40,856 nt of DNA from an archaeon. Its GTDB lineage: Archaea; B1Sed10-29; WALL01. Of the stretch, positions 26,818 through 36,559 are shown piece by piece. Location: NCBI GenBank assembly GCA_042584585.1, contig JBHOSQ010000009.1:1-40856 (forward strand), in the 5' to 3' direction. A program made the translations under genes and the position numbers. Below the pieces are notes generated by a model. That model saw nothing but the letters and a program-made list of their open reading frames with translations, was not told the origin of the DNA and did not search any database. Numbering within the stretch: position 1 is the first letter of the stretch; each line of letters opens with the position of its first letter.

Positions 26818-27690
26818 ATGAAGCGTGGTCAGGGCTCTCTTGAGTATTTACTTATACTAGCGGCTATTCTAGCGATTGGCGTGGTGGTGGTTTTGGTGGC
26901 CAATTCAATGCTTGCTACTCCCAGCGGAGCTGCTGCACTGCAGGAAGACAAGTACAAGCTTGCCACCCAAGGATTCGAGGTAAAGGGGTACGACGAAGCA
27001 TTCACCCCCGGCGAGAGCGATTCTTTGCCGGATTCACTCAAGAAAGGAGACTATGACTACTTTTTCAGCGGCGACACTGACTTGCCCGACGACTCCATAC
27101 TCATTGGGTCACTCACGGACTCCAGCGGCGGCAGCCACAGTGTTTATACTTCCGACAGCACCGGCAGCTATTACGTTCCAACCGGCGGCGGCAGCGGCGG
27201 CGATGACGAGTGCTCTGACGAGTGTGAAACAAGCGAGTCCCCCGATTGTATAGACGATGATGGCTACAGGACATGCGCCGACCATGACGACGACGGGTGT
27301 CGCGAGTGGGGAAGCCTTGTTTACTGTGATGACGGCGAGGTTTGTTCCGATGGAGAATGCATTGAGGACGAGGGCGGCGGAGGGTGTGAGACTGACGAGA
27401 ACTGCCTCGAGGACGAGATTTGTTCCGACGGAGAATGCGTTGGGTGCACTGAATGCATTGAAAGTGGATACGTGTGGGTGTCTTATGATGGGACCGTCGG
27501 CTGCGATGATGAGAACGGGGACTGTGCAGAGTATGGCCCCGAGTTCTGTAACCTTGACGGCGAGTGCTGGGACGCTGTGACTGGTTGTGGCCAAAGCAAT
27601 GGGTACTGCTTAGACCTCATGGCGTGCGAAACCAACAGCGATTGTAGCGAGGGCGCAGTTTGCTACGAAGGAACCTGCATTGAGCCTTGA
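26818..27690 (+). CDS. Class III signal (type IV pilin-like) protein 1 with acidic Cys-rich C-terminus
   Basis: MKRG/QGSLEYLLILAAIL cleavage motif; shared N-module; Gly linker; C..D..C repeats. Confidence 0.85.
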   Translation: MKRGQGSLEYLLILAAILAIGVVVVLVANSMLATPSGAAALQEDKYKLATQGFEVKGYDEAFTPGESDSLPDSLKKGDYDYFFSGDTDLPDDSILIGSLTDSSGGSHSVYTSDSTGSYYVPTGGGSGGDDECSDECETSESPDCIDDDGYRTCADHDDDGCREWGSLVYCDDGEVCSDGECIEDEGGGGCETDENCLEDEICSDGECVGCTECIESGYVWVSYDGTVGCDDENGDCAEYGPEFCNLDGECWDAVTGCGQSNGYCLDLMACETNSDCSEGAVCYEGTCIEP

Positions 27691-27703
27691 CGCATAACCT
27701 GCA

Positions 27704-27780
27704 TTATCTTTAAATATCTGCAGAGCGTAAGCTATAACTGGTGTATTTCATGAAGCGTGGACAAGGCTCTCTCGAATACT
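27704..27780 (+). promoter_or_regulatory. Duplicated promoter/leader of pilin-like gene 2
   Basis: TTATCTTTAAATATCTGCAGAGCGTAAGCTAT...GGTGTA...ATG; closely matches 29915-29990. Confidence 0.7.
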
Positions 27781-29756
27781 TATTGATTCTCGCGGCAATC
27801 CTTGCGATTGCTGTCGTGGCGGTGCTGGTAGCAAACTCAGTGCTGGGCACGCCAGCTGATGCTACAATCGCACAGCAGGACAAGTACGGCCTTGCCCTCG
27901 CGGGGTTCGAGGTAAATGGGTACGACAAGCCCTTTGACCCAGCCAACAAAAACACTTTGCCACAATCCATTGTGAAAGGAGATAACATTTACTTCTATAA
28001 TGACACTACGCCGCCCGACGACGCCGACGTGATAGGTGAATTGACTGACTCCAGTGGAAACAAGCACACCATCTGGGCTTGGGGCGGAGGTGGCGGCGGA
28101 AGCTACGGTGTAGGAGGAGGCGGAGGCGGGCCAACCCCACCACCGGAACCTGGCTGCGGCGACAGCACGATTGACGCCGAAGAAGAGTGCGACCCGCCCG
28201 GGGAGCCGTGTGTGCCTGTGTACGGCGAGGCGGACTGCATCTACTGTAACGCAAGCTGCATGGAAGAGACAGTATTCATGGAGTTCTGCGGCGACCTGGA
28301 AATCAACGGCCCTGAAGAATGCGACGACGGCAACACAATCAATAACGATTACTGCAGCAACACTTGTATTGAAGCAAATTGCACCGACGGCATTCGCAAT
28401 CAGGACGAGAGGGATGTGGACTGCGGCGGAGTCACGTGTGGGTTCTGCCCCCGCGGCGAATGGATGAAGGGCTACGGCACTTCCGGCCTCCAAACGTTTT
28501 ACCAAGGCAACGAATTAATGACTGTCGTGGACGACGGGTTCATCGCGCTGGGCAATGACGGAAGCAACACGAAAAAAGCATTCGTCATGAAGATAAACGA
28601 GACGGGCAACCTTACGTGGAAAAAGGTTTATGACCCGGGCATCTACTCCTTGATAATGGGCTACGGCACGGCAGAAACCCCAGCCAACTACGCAGTGGTT
28701 GGGACCTACAGGGCATCGGGAACAGCGCCTCCAGATACCTGGGTGTCAATCCTGAACAAGGACGGCTCCCTGAACTGGACCAAGCACTACAACTTGGATT
28801 ACGGTGGGGTGCCTGGGCCGGGCTACAGCGTTGCGACCACCATCGACGCCACCAGCGACGGCGGCTACATCGTCGGCGGCTACGGCATGGCTATTGGCAG
28901 CAGCTCCGCAAGCGGAAGGCAGTGGGACCCCACTCTCATAAAGCTCACTTCCACCGGAGCCATTTCATGGGTAAAGGTTTATCCCATCATCGGGGATGAC
29001 CGGGCGTGGTCCGTGAAGCAGACGACTGACGGCGGATACGTATTGGTTGGCGGCACGCAAGGCTACGGCGGCAGTGACTGGGACGTACTCATCCTAAAGA
29101 CAACCAGCACCGGAATCCCGAGCTGGACCCGGTGGGTTGGCGGGTCAAGTACAGACATGGCTCGGTCAGTCATAGAGGACGGCACCGACCTAGTGGTCGC
29201 TGGCTTCACAGGAAGCTATGGCGGGACTGCCTACGACGCGTTATTAATGAAGCTCGACAAGGACGGCAACAAAAAGTGGATTAAAGCATATGGCGGCACC
29301 GCCAATGACCAAATGTACTCTGTTGCCGCGGCGAGTGATGGCGGCTACTTCCTGACCGGCCAGACAAAGAACTTCGGCGCGTCAAGCAACGACTACTTCG
29401 CCGTAAAAACAGACTCGGGCGGCACTCTCGACTGGGCTTTCACGTACGGCACCACTGGCGAGGACTACGGCAGGGCGGGAGCGCCATCGGACACGGGCTA
29501 CGCCGTTTATGGGCGGTCCGACACTCTTGGCAACGGCGGCGGCGACGTGCTGCTCGTCCAGGCGGCCAACAACGGCAGCATCGCCGGGTGCACTTACGAC
29601 GTGAACGTGACGACACAGGTAACCGAGACCACTGTAACAGCTACCCCCACCAGTGTGACGCCCTCGAACTTGAACGGCAACGGTCCCACAATCCTGGCGT
29701 ACAACTATTGGCACACGCCCAAGGCAATCACGCTGTCAGAAAGCACGGTGTGCTAA
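27750..29756 (+). CDS. Class III signal protein 2 with Cys-rich repeats and C-terminal beta-propeller
   Basis: RGQGSLEY; CGD..I...EECD repeats; repeated W.K.YGG...D...SV....DGGY blades. Confidence 0.85.
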   Translation: MKRGQGSLEYLLILAAILAIAVVAVLVANSVLGTPADATIAQQDKYGLALAGFEVNGYDKPFDPANKNTLPQSIVKGDNIYFYNDTTPPDDADVIGELTDSSGNKHTIWAWGGGGGGSYGVGGGGGGPTPPPEPGCGDSTIDAEEECDPPGEPCVPVYGEADCIYCNASCMEETVFMEFCGDLEINGPEECDDGNTINNDYCSNTCIEANCTDGIRNQDERDVDCGGVTCGFCPRGEWMKGYGTSGLQTFYQGNELMTVVDDGFIALGNDGSNTKKAFVMKINETGNLTWKKVYDPGIYSLIMGYGTAETPANYAVVGTYRASGTAPPDTWVSILNKDGSLNWTKHYNLDYGGVPGPGYSVATTIDATSDGGYIVGGYGMAIGSSSASGRQWDPTLIKLTSTGAISWVKVYPIIGDDRAWSVKQTTDGGYVLVGGTQGYGGSDWDVLILKTTSTGIPSWTRWVGGSSTDMARSVIEDGTDLVVAGFTGSYGGTAYDALLMKLDKDGNKKWIKAYGGTANDQMYSVAAASDGGYFLTGQTKNFGASSNDYFAVKTDSGGTLDWAFTYGTTGEDYGRAGAPSDTGYAVYGRSDTLGNGGGDVLLVQAANNGSIAGCTYDVNVTTQVTETTVTATPTSVTPSNLNGNGPTILAYNYWHTPKAITLSESTVC

Positions 29757-29785
29757 GCGTAAAGCCCATATCCAGCAAAGCGTCA
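29756..29785 (+). repeat. 30-bp direct repeat, copy 1
   Basis: AGCGTAAAGCCCATATCCAGCAAAGCGTCA; 29/30 identical to 34703-34732. Confidence 0.85.
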
Positions 29786-29914
29786 GCTCCAGCTGGGTAC
29801 ATTATAGCGGCTATGGGCGTTGCCAAGAAGGTTACGTGGGACGAATGCCCCGGCTGGTGTGCCTATAACGCAAAAGAAGCATAGTCAAGGTAACCCGTAA
29901 CGTGGTTAGACAGC

Positions 29915-29990
29915 TTATCTTTAAATATCTGCAAAGCGTTAGCTATCGTTAGGTGTACTCTATGAAGCGTGGACAAGGCTCTCTCGAATA
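29915..29990 (+). promoter_or_regulatory. Duplicated promoter/leader of pilin-like gene 3
   Basis: TTATCTTTAAATATCTGCAAAGCGTTAGCTAT...GGTGTA...ATG. Confidence 0.7.
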
Positions 29991-32900
29991 TCTACTGATT
30001 TTTGCGGCGATTCTCGCGATTGGCGTGGTCGTTGTATTGGTGGCTAACGCTATCCTCGGCGCGCCATCAGAATCCCTGGTTGTGCAGGAAGACAAGTACA
30101 ACTTGGCCCTCGCCGGGTTTGAGGTGATTGGGTATGACTCGCCGTTTGACCCAACAGTGCCGGACACGCTCCCCAAGGCATTAATCCAGGGTGACACCGA
30201 CTACTTTTACAACGACTCTGACATCCCCGACGACGCCGATCCGGTCGGCAAATTGACTGACTCAGGCGGCAACAAGCACACGGTATGGCGCTGGGGCGGC
30301 GGAGGCGGCGGAGGCGGCGGAAGCTACAACGTCGACCCACCACTTAACCCGAGTGTGACACCAACGCCGGTGCCGTGTACGAGCGACGACAACTGTACGA
30401 GCGGAGACTGGTGTGTTGACGGGGACTGCGTCGAGAAGCCTGAGTGCACGAGTGACGACAACTGCACGGGAACAGACTTCTGTTTCGAAGGGGCGTGCGT
30501 CGGATGCACGAGTGACGACAACTGTACGGGAACAGACTTCTGTTTCGAAGGAGCTTGTGTCGAATGCGCAAGCGACGACAACTGCATCACTGGAGACAAG
30601 TGCTTCGATGGGGGTTGTGTCACGCCGGAATGCGATGACGAAGACCCTGAACTGGAGATTGGGTGCGCGGACGACGAGAAGTGCGTTGGCTACAAGTGCA
30701 TCGAGCGGTGCGGCGACGATGTTACTGACACGGGGGAAGAATGCGACGGCACGAACCTGAACAGCCAGGATTGTTTGGGGCTTGATTATACTGGCGGGAC
30801 ACTGGGATGCCTCAGTGACTGCAGGCTCAATATCACGGGCTGCACCGGCGCGACCTGCGGCGACACCACAGTCGGCGGCGGGGAACAGTGCGACGGGAGT
30901 GACCTTGACAGCCAAACGTGCCAGACCCTTGGGTACGACCTCGGCACGCTCAAGTGCTACAGCGACAACTGCCGGTTCAACGATGCGTCATGCTACGACG
31001 CGCATTGTGGTAACTTAATTATCGAGGGCACTGAAGAGTGCGAGTGGGTGGATTTGGATAACCAGAATTGTACGTCGCTTAATTACACTAGCGGGGAGTT
31101 GTCCTGCACGGACTGCTTGTTCAACACGAGCCAGTGCATCGGCGCCACGTGTGATGGCGTTGAGCTAGAAGATGGAGAGGAGTGCGACGGCGGGTTCTTT
31201 AACCTGCAGAACTGCACGACACTTGGCTATGACGCTGGCGTATTGGCGTGCAGCGACGGGTGCAGGTTCAACGAGACAGGATGTTATAACAATACATGCG
31301 GCACAGGAGTCTGCGAGCTGGATAAGGGAGAGGACTGCATCACGTGCCCGAGCGACTGTTTGTGTGGCTCGGAAGAGAACTGCGTGGCCGGGTCCTGTGA
31401 GGATGCCTGTGGGAGCGGTGGCTGCCAGGGAGAGCTGGGAGAAAACTGTGACACTTGTCTGGCGGACTGTGCGTGCAGTGGCGAAGGAGAGTTTTGCTCG
31501 GAAGGTGAGTGCGTGACGTGTGTTGACACGTGCACGAATAGCGGCATGTGCTATGAGTGGACCGACACGTACTGGTCAGAAGAGGATGGCTTTTGGAGTG
31601 AAGCTGAGTGCGGCGAAGAAGGAGAAGGAGGCTGTTCTGTATCCTCGGAGGGAACGGATGACTCCGGGAAGAAGTATTGGGATGCAACGGATGGATGCGA
31701 CAAGCGGTGCAATGGAGATTACGTCCTTGAGGCGTGTGGCGACTACGACAATGACGGCTGCACCGAGTGGGGTGCTGTTAAGACATGTGGCACAGGTGTT
31801 TGCAAAGCCGGATGGCTGGGTGGATGTCATGCGGGCATTAGCTGGAACACGTACACGGACGTGTGCTATCAAGAGACTGCGCAAGTGTGGGGCGAAACAG
31901 AAGACGATGTAAAAACTGTGATAGCATACGCTGACTGTGACCAAGAAGAGGGCTGTGACATTTGCAACACCCTGTGTGGCGACGGCCGCTGTGACAGGAA
32001 TGCCGAGGGCGATTTGCGGGAGGACTGCAACAACTGCCCAGAGGACTGCGGGTGCGCGTCGTGGCAAAACTGCAACAATTATGGCACATGCGTGGACTAT
32101 TGCGGCAACGGTCACCTGCTCAATCCGGAGCAGTGCGATGGCAATGCGTTCCCGTATGGCGTTGACTGCACGAACATTCACCAGCATTACCAGACGAAGT
32201 ACGACATGGACCCGCAAGATACGACTCAGTACTTCGGCGGCGAGCTCAAGTGCACCAGTAACTGCAAGATTGACACGAGTAGCTGTACAAGGTGCGGCGA
32301 CAATGTGAAAACAGGGACGGAAGATTGCGACGGGACAGACTTTTTGGCGGCTGACTGCAATGGAAAGGACCCGTATTCAAGCACGTTTACCTGTATAGGG
32401 CTTACGAAGCCCGAGCGGTGTTACGGAGGCCTGTTCACCTCTGACTGGAAGCAGACCGCGGACGCCAGAAGTGGTGGCTGGTTTAGCTATTCATCAGGAA
32501 CTGGTGGGTGGACCTGCCTATCAAGCGAAAGCACCGAGCTTTGCAGCCTGGAGACGAAGACTAAATACAGCGGCGGAATGTTCGCGATAAAAGCGAAGTG
32601 GGACAAAATCAAGGTGTCCGGCAGCACGGGATTCCCGACTATGGGCTTTGGGGTCTACAGCAATTCACGGCACGTATGGTCATACTTCACGAATGGAATA
32701 AATCAGGCCATGTCCGCGTCAAGCGCAAATTCATTGGGGGGAACCAAAGGTTACGTTTCCGTTGACCCAACGAATTGGCACGTCTACTCCGTTGTCTGGA
32801 ACCCCGGTGGGAACACGTATTACTACGTAGACGGGGTGCTCAAGCACACGGAAACTTCGAATGTTGAGCCAAACCCGCTGGCGATAACTATGTCAGCACA

Positions 32901-34671
32901 CCGGGACATCAACTTCCATTATAAGTGGATGTACTACAGCCCATTGGACTGCCTCGGCGACTGCAGGCAGATTGGGTACGCGGGCGGCGCGCTCACGTGC
33001 GACACCTTTGGATATGGCAAGTGCACGTACCCGCAGAGCCAACAGTACTGCTACAAGTGCGGCGACTGGCGTGTTAGTAGCGGCGAGCAATGTGACAGCC
33101 AAGTTCCGTATGGCAAGACGTGCGTGACACAGGGGTACGACGGCGGCACGCTCAAGTGCGGGGACCAGTGCAAGTTTGACTACAGCTCGTGCCACAAGTG
33201 CGGCGACGGCAAGAAAGAAGGCCCCGAGGAGTGCGACGGCGAACCAAATTGCGACAGCAGCTGTAAGATAGTTTCACAGCCTCTGTGCGGCAACGGGAAC
33301 ACAGAGGGCATCGAGCAATGCGATAACGGCCAATATCAAAACAGTGTGTCCGGCAGCTGCCCGAACTGCCAGAACGCGAAGTGCGGCGACGGGAACATCT
33401 GGTTCGCCCAGGGTGGAACCGAGCAGTGCGATGGGACCGACATGGGGCCCTGGACGGACTGCACGGACTTTGGGTACAAGTATGGGACGATTTCATGCAG
33501 CAGCTGCATGCTTAACCTAAGAAATTGCTACGATCAGAAGTGCGGCGATGGAATAATAGACGGCACGGAAGAATGCGATGGCAGCAAGCTCAATGGCGCG
33601 ACGTGCCAGACGCTTGGGTACGACGGCGGGACGCTTCAGTGCCACTCCAACCGCATATCGAGCACCGCGTGCACATACCAGCCCTCGGAATGCACGTACG
33701 GAACTGCAGTGATAGACGACACGTGCAGCTCGGACAGCAGTTGTGTTTCAGGGTACTGCAAAAGCGGGAAATGCGCGAGCGATGGATCCGGCGCCATAGA
33801 TGACTCCTGCAACAAGAATGACCACTGTGCGTTAGAATACTGCAAAAGCAGCAAGTGCACGACTCCGACCTGCACCGACAATGTCAAGAACGGCGACGAG
33901 AGCGACGTGGACTGTGGAGGCAGCTGCACGAAATGCGCCAGAACCGAGAGCTGCACAACAAGCAGTGACTGCCTATCCGCTAATTGCGTGACAAAAACGT
34001 GTGACTACGCCGTGGCCAAAGACTTCCGTGATAATTTCTATAGTAGCGCAACAATCCCAGAACCAATAAGCAACACTTTGTGGGAACAACTCAGTGGCTA
34101 TGACTATACATTCAAAAAATCTACTGGTGGGAACGCGAAGTGCAGTCAAACCTATAAGACAGCATCGCGGGAGAGCTGCGGCTTCAGGTCGATGGCGCTT
34201 TACGACGGTGGAACCCTAACCATCAAAGCGAAGTGGAAGGACGTGAACGTAGATCACATGTGGTTCGGGTTTGTGTCAGAGAATGGGTGGAATTACCACC
34301 TATTCAAGGAGACGGCGTCTTCATCAGATGATACTAAGGTCGTCGCTGCCACCAAGATTGGGGCCTTCTCGAGCATAACTGGCACGACTGACTCCAAGAT
34401 CATTCAGCTGACTGACCAAGCCCAATACGGAACGACCAGCGATTCAAGCGACTCTCACTACTACAAGATTGTTTGGAACCCAGACGGCAATGTCGAGTAT
34501 TACATCATTGACGACAAGGATACTGGCGGGATAATTGGATCCTACAAGCTGGTCCACACAACAACTGCTCATCCCGGGCCTATGTTCATATCGATCTTTG
34601 AGTACACGAACTATGCCGGAGGCAATGATAAGCTAAGCATTGGTTACGTGGACTACGACTTGCCAGTGTAA
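29962..34671 (+). CDS. Giant class III signal protein 3 (1569 aa): Cys-rich repeat stalk and two LamG/GH16-like beta-sandwich domains
   Basis: RGQGSLEY; many CG.G.....E.CDG..L...TC..LGY.GG.L.C repeats; two homologous Cys-poor domains (IKAKW...H.Y..VWNP.GN..YY). Confidence 0.85.
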   Translation: MKRGQGSLEYLLIFAAILAIGVVVVLVANAILGAPSESLVVQEDKYNLALAGFEVIGYDSPFDPTVPDTLPKALIQGDTDYFYNDSDIPDDADPVGKLTDSGGNKHTVWRWGGGGGGGGGSYNVDPPLNPSVTPTPVPCTSDDNCTSGDWCVDGDCVEKPECTSDDNCTGTDFCFEGACVGCTSDDNCTGTDFCFEGACVECASDDNCITGDKCFDGGCVTPECDDEDPELEIGCADDEKCVGYKCIERCGDDVTDTGEECDGTNLNSQDCLGLDYTGGTLGCLSDCRLNITGCTGATCGDTTVGGGEQCDGSDLDSQTCQTLGYDLGTLKCYSDNCRFNDASCYDAHCGNLIIEGTEECEWVDLDNQNCTSLNYTSGELSCTDCLFNTSQCIGATCDGVELEDGEECDGGFFNLQNCTTLGYDAGVLACSDGCRFNETGCYNNTCGTGVCELDKGEDCITCPSDCLCGSEENCVAGSCEDACGSGGCQGELGENCDTCLADCACSGEGEFCSEGECVTCVDTCTNSGMCYEWTDTYWSEEDGFWSEAECGEEGEGGCSVSSEGTDDSGKKYWDATDGCDKRCNGDYVLEACGDYDNDGCTEWGAVKTCGTGVCKAGWLGGCHAGISWNTYTDVCYQETAQVWGETEDDVKTVIAYADCDQEEGCDICNTLCGDGRCDRNAEGDLREDCNNCPEDCGCASWQNCNNYGTCVDYCGNGHLLNPEQCDGNAFPYGVDCTNIHQHYQTKYDMDPQDTTQYFGGELKCTSNCKIDTSSCTRCGDNVKTGTEDCDGTDFLAADCNGKDPYSSTFTCIGLTKPERCYGGLFTSDWKQTADARSGGWFSYSSGTGGWTCLSSESTELCSLETKTKYSGGMFAIKAKWDKIKVSGSTGFPTMGFGVYSNSRHVWSYFTNGINQAMSASSANSLGGTKGYVSVDPTNWHVYSVVWNPGGNTYYYVDGVLKHTETSNVEPNPLAITMSAHRDINFHYKWMYYSPLDCLGDCRQIGYAGGALTCDTFGYGKCTYPQSQQYCYKCGDWRVSSGEQCDSQVPYGKTCVTQGYDGGTLKCGDQCKFDYSSCHKCGDGKKEGPEECDGEPNCDSSCKIVSQPLCGNGNTEGIEQCDNGQYQNSVSGSCPNCQNAKCGDGNIWFAQGGTEQCDGTDMGPWTDCTDFGYKYGTISCSSCMLNLRNCYDQKCGDGIIDGTEECDGSKLNGATCQTLGYDGGTLQCHSNRISSTACTYQPSECTYGTAVIDDTCSSDSSCVSGYCKSGKCASDGSGAIDDSCNKNDHCALEYCKSSKCTTPTCTDNVKNGDESDVDCGGSCTKCARTESCTTSSDCLSANCVTKTCDYAVAKDFRDNFYSSATIPEPISNTLWEQLSGYDYTFKKSTGGNAKCSQTYKTASRESCGFRSMALYDGGTLTIKAKWKDVNVDHMWFGFVSENGWNYHLFKETASSSDDTKVVAATKIGAFSSITGTTDSKIIQLTDQAQYGTTSDSSDSHYYKIVWNPDGNVEYYIIDDKDTGGIIGSYKLVHTTTAHPGPMFISIFEYTNYAGGNDKLSIGYVDYDLPV
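30376..30624 (+). repeat. Intragenic tandem repeat, 4 units of about 60 bp (C.SDDNC.....C..G.CV)
   Basis: Units at 30376, 30445, 30505 and 30565; the middle two are near-identical in DNA. Confidence 0.9.
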
Positions 34672-34702
34672 GCCAGTTATTGTTTAAACAGGCGCCCATT
34701 GT

Positions 34703-34732
34703 AGCGTAAAGTCCATATCCAGCAAAGCGTCA
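34703..34732 (+). repeat. 30-bp direct repeat, copy 2
   Basis: AGCGTAAAGTCCATATCCAGCAAAGCGTCA. Confidence 0.85.
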
Positions 34733-34812
34733 CCTTTATATAAAAAAGGGCTCAAAACCCATATCCACTGATTTAGTGATTATTTTAAAATGTTTAAACG
34801 GAGTGATATGAA

Positions 34813-36456
34813 ATGACTCAACTAACCGGACAACCGATTTTGGTCCTTCCAGAAGGCGCACAGCGCCTTCTCGGCAGGGACGCACAGCGGTCAAACATCG
34901 CTGTGGCAAAAGCAATCGCCAACGCCATCCAGAGCACACTTGGCCCCAAAGGAATGGACAAGATGCTCGTGGACGACCTCGGCGACGTAGTGATTACGAA
35001 CGACGGCGCGGCAATCCTCAACGAAATGAGCGTTGAGCACCCCGCAGGCAAAATGATGGTCGAAGTCGCCAAGACACAGGACGAAGAAGTCGGCGACGGC
35101 ACCACAACCGCGGTAGTCATCGCGGGCGAACTGCTCAAGAACGCGGAAAACCTCTTGGACCAGAAAATCCACCCAAGCATCCTCATCCGCGGATACGACA
35201 TGGCGACCAAAAAATGCCTCGAGACACTTGAGGCAACAGCCAACAAAGTCGAGTTCGACAACGACGAGCTCCTGCGCCAAATGGCCTTCGTCGCAATGAC
35301 CGGCAAAGGCGCCGAGCGCGCCGGCAAGCACTTCTCCGCAATCGCGGTCAAGGCAGTCAAGCAAGTCGCGGACCACAAAGACGGAAAAGTCACCATCGAC
35401 AGCGACTACATCAAGCTCGAGAAAAAGCAGGGCGGAGACCTTGTGGACACCTACCTCGTCAACGGCGTTGTCATTGACAAGGAACGCGTGCACCCCGGCA
35501 TGCCCAAGCTCGTCAAGGAAGCGAAAGTCGCTTTGCTGGACTCCGCTCTTGAAGTCAAGAGCACGGAAACAGACGCAGCAATCCAGATTACTTCGCCGGA
35601 CCAGCTACAGGCATTCCTCTCGCAGGAAGAAAACATGCTGAAACAAATGGTCGACGAAGTCGTGAAGAGCGGCGCCAACGTACTGTTCTGCCAGAAGGGC
35701 ATCGACGACATGGCACAACACTTCCTCTCGAAGGCAGGCGTCGTCGCAGTCCGCCGTGTCAAGAAAAGCGACATGGAAAAGATTGCGCGCGCGACTGGCG
35801 CGAACGTCGTGACAAACATACACGACCTTTCCAGTGACGACCTCGGCAAGTCCGGAGTCGTCGAGGAAAAGAAGATTGCAGGCGAAGACATGATTTTCGT
35901 CGAAGAGTGCAAAGACCCCAAGGCCGTGACCATTTTGGTCCGCGGCGGCAGCGAACACGTTGTCGACGAGGCCGAACGCGCTCTTGTGGACGCAATCGGC
36001 GTTATTTCATCCGCTTTGGAAGACGAGAAGTACGTCATCGGCGGCGGATGCATCGAAGTCGAGCTCGCGCTTGCCCTGCAGAACTACGCCAAGACAGTCG
36101 GCGGCCGTGAGCAGCTGGCAATCAGCGCTTTCGCGAACGCGCTCGAGGTCATCCCGAGGACTCTTGCAGAGTCCGCAGGAATGGACTCCATCGACACCCT
36201 TGTCGAGCTTCGCTCGAAGCACGAGAAGGGCGAGAAGGAACTCGGCGTTGACGTGATGGCTGCAAAGACCGCGAGCATGAGCGTACTGCACGTGTTCGAG
36301 CCCGCAAAGATTAAGCAGCAGGCAATCTCGAGCGCGGCAGAAGTCGCGGAAATGATTCTGCGGATTGACGACATCATTGCTTCCAGCGGAAGCGGCAAGG
36401 GCGCGATGCCCGAAATGCCGCCCGGCGGAATGGGCGGAATGCCCGGCATGATGTAA
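34813..36456 (+). CDS. ths: Thermosome subunit (group II chaperonin)
   Basis: [38 protein letters not shown] tail. Confidence 0.97.
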   Translation: MTQLTGQPILVLPEGAQRLLGRDAQRSNIAVAKAIANAIQSTLGPKGMDKMLVDDLGDVVITNDGAAILNEMSVEHPAGKMMVEVAKTQDEEVGDGTTTAVVIAGELLKNAENLLDQKIHPSILIRGYDMATKKCLETLEATANKVEFDNDELLRQMAFVAMTGKGAERAGKHFSAIAVKAVKQVADHKDGKVTIDSDYIKLEKKQGGDLVDTYLVNGVVIDKERVHPGMPKLVKEAKVALLDSALEVKSTETDAAIQITSPDQLQAFLSQEENMLKQMVDEVVKSGANVLFCQKGIDDMAQHFLSKAGVVAVRRVKKSDMEKIARATGANVVTNIHDLSSDDLGKSGVVEEKKIAGEDMIFVEECKDPKAVTILVRGGSEHVVDEAERALVDAIGVISSALEDEKYVIGGGCIEVELALALQNYAKTVGGREQLAISAFANALEVIPRTLAESAGMDSIDTLVELRSKHEKGEKELGVDVMAAKTASMSVLHVFEPAKIKQQAISSAAEVAEMILRIDDIIASSGSGKGAMPEMPPGGMGGMPGMM

Positions 36457-36458
36457 AA

Positions 36459-36547
36459 CAGCTTAAACTAAGCTGGCACGTTAGGCTTGGGTGACGCAAG
36501 GTCACCCAGAGACAGAAACCGGGGGACCGTCAACTGACGGTCCCCCC
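36459..36547. repeat. Multi-hairpin intergenic element, copy 2
   Basis: CAGCTTA-AAC-TAAGCTG, then GCACGTTAGGCT, then TGGGTGAC-GCAAG-GTCACCCA, then GGGGGACCGTC-AACT-GACGGTCCCCC, followed by a T-rich tract. Confidence 0.75.
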
Positions 36548-36559
36548 AGTTGTCTTTTT

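Noticed and set aside
30376-30624. CRISPR array or DGR template/variable repeat
   Set aside because: Repeats are in-frame coding units without unique spacers; differences are not adenine-specific; no reverse transcriptase in the window.
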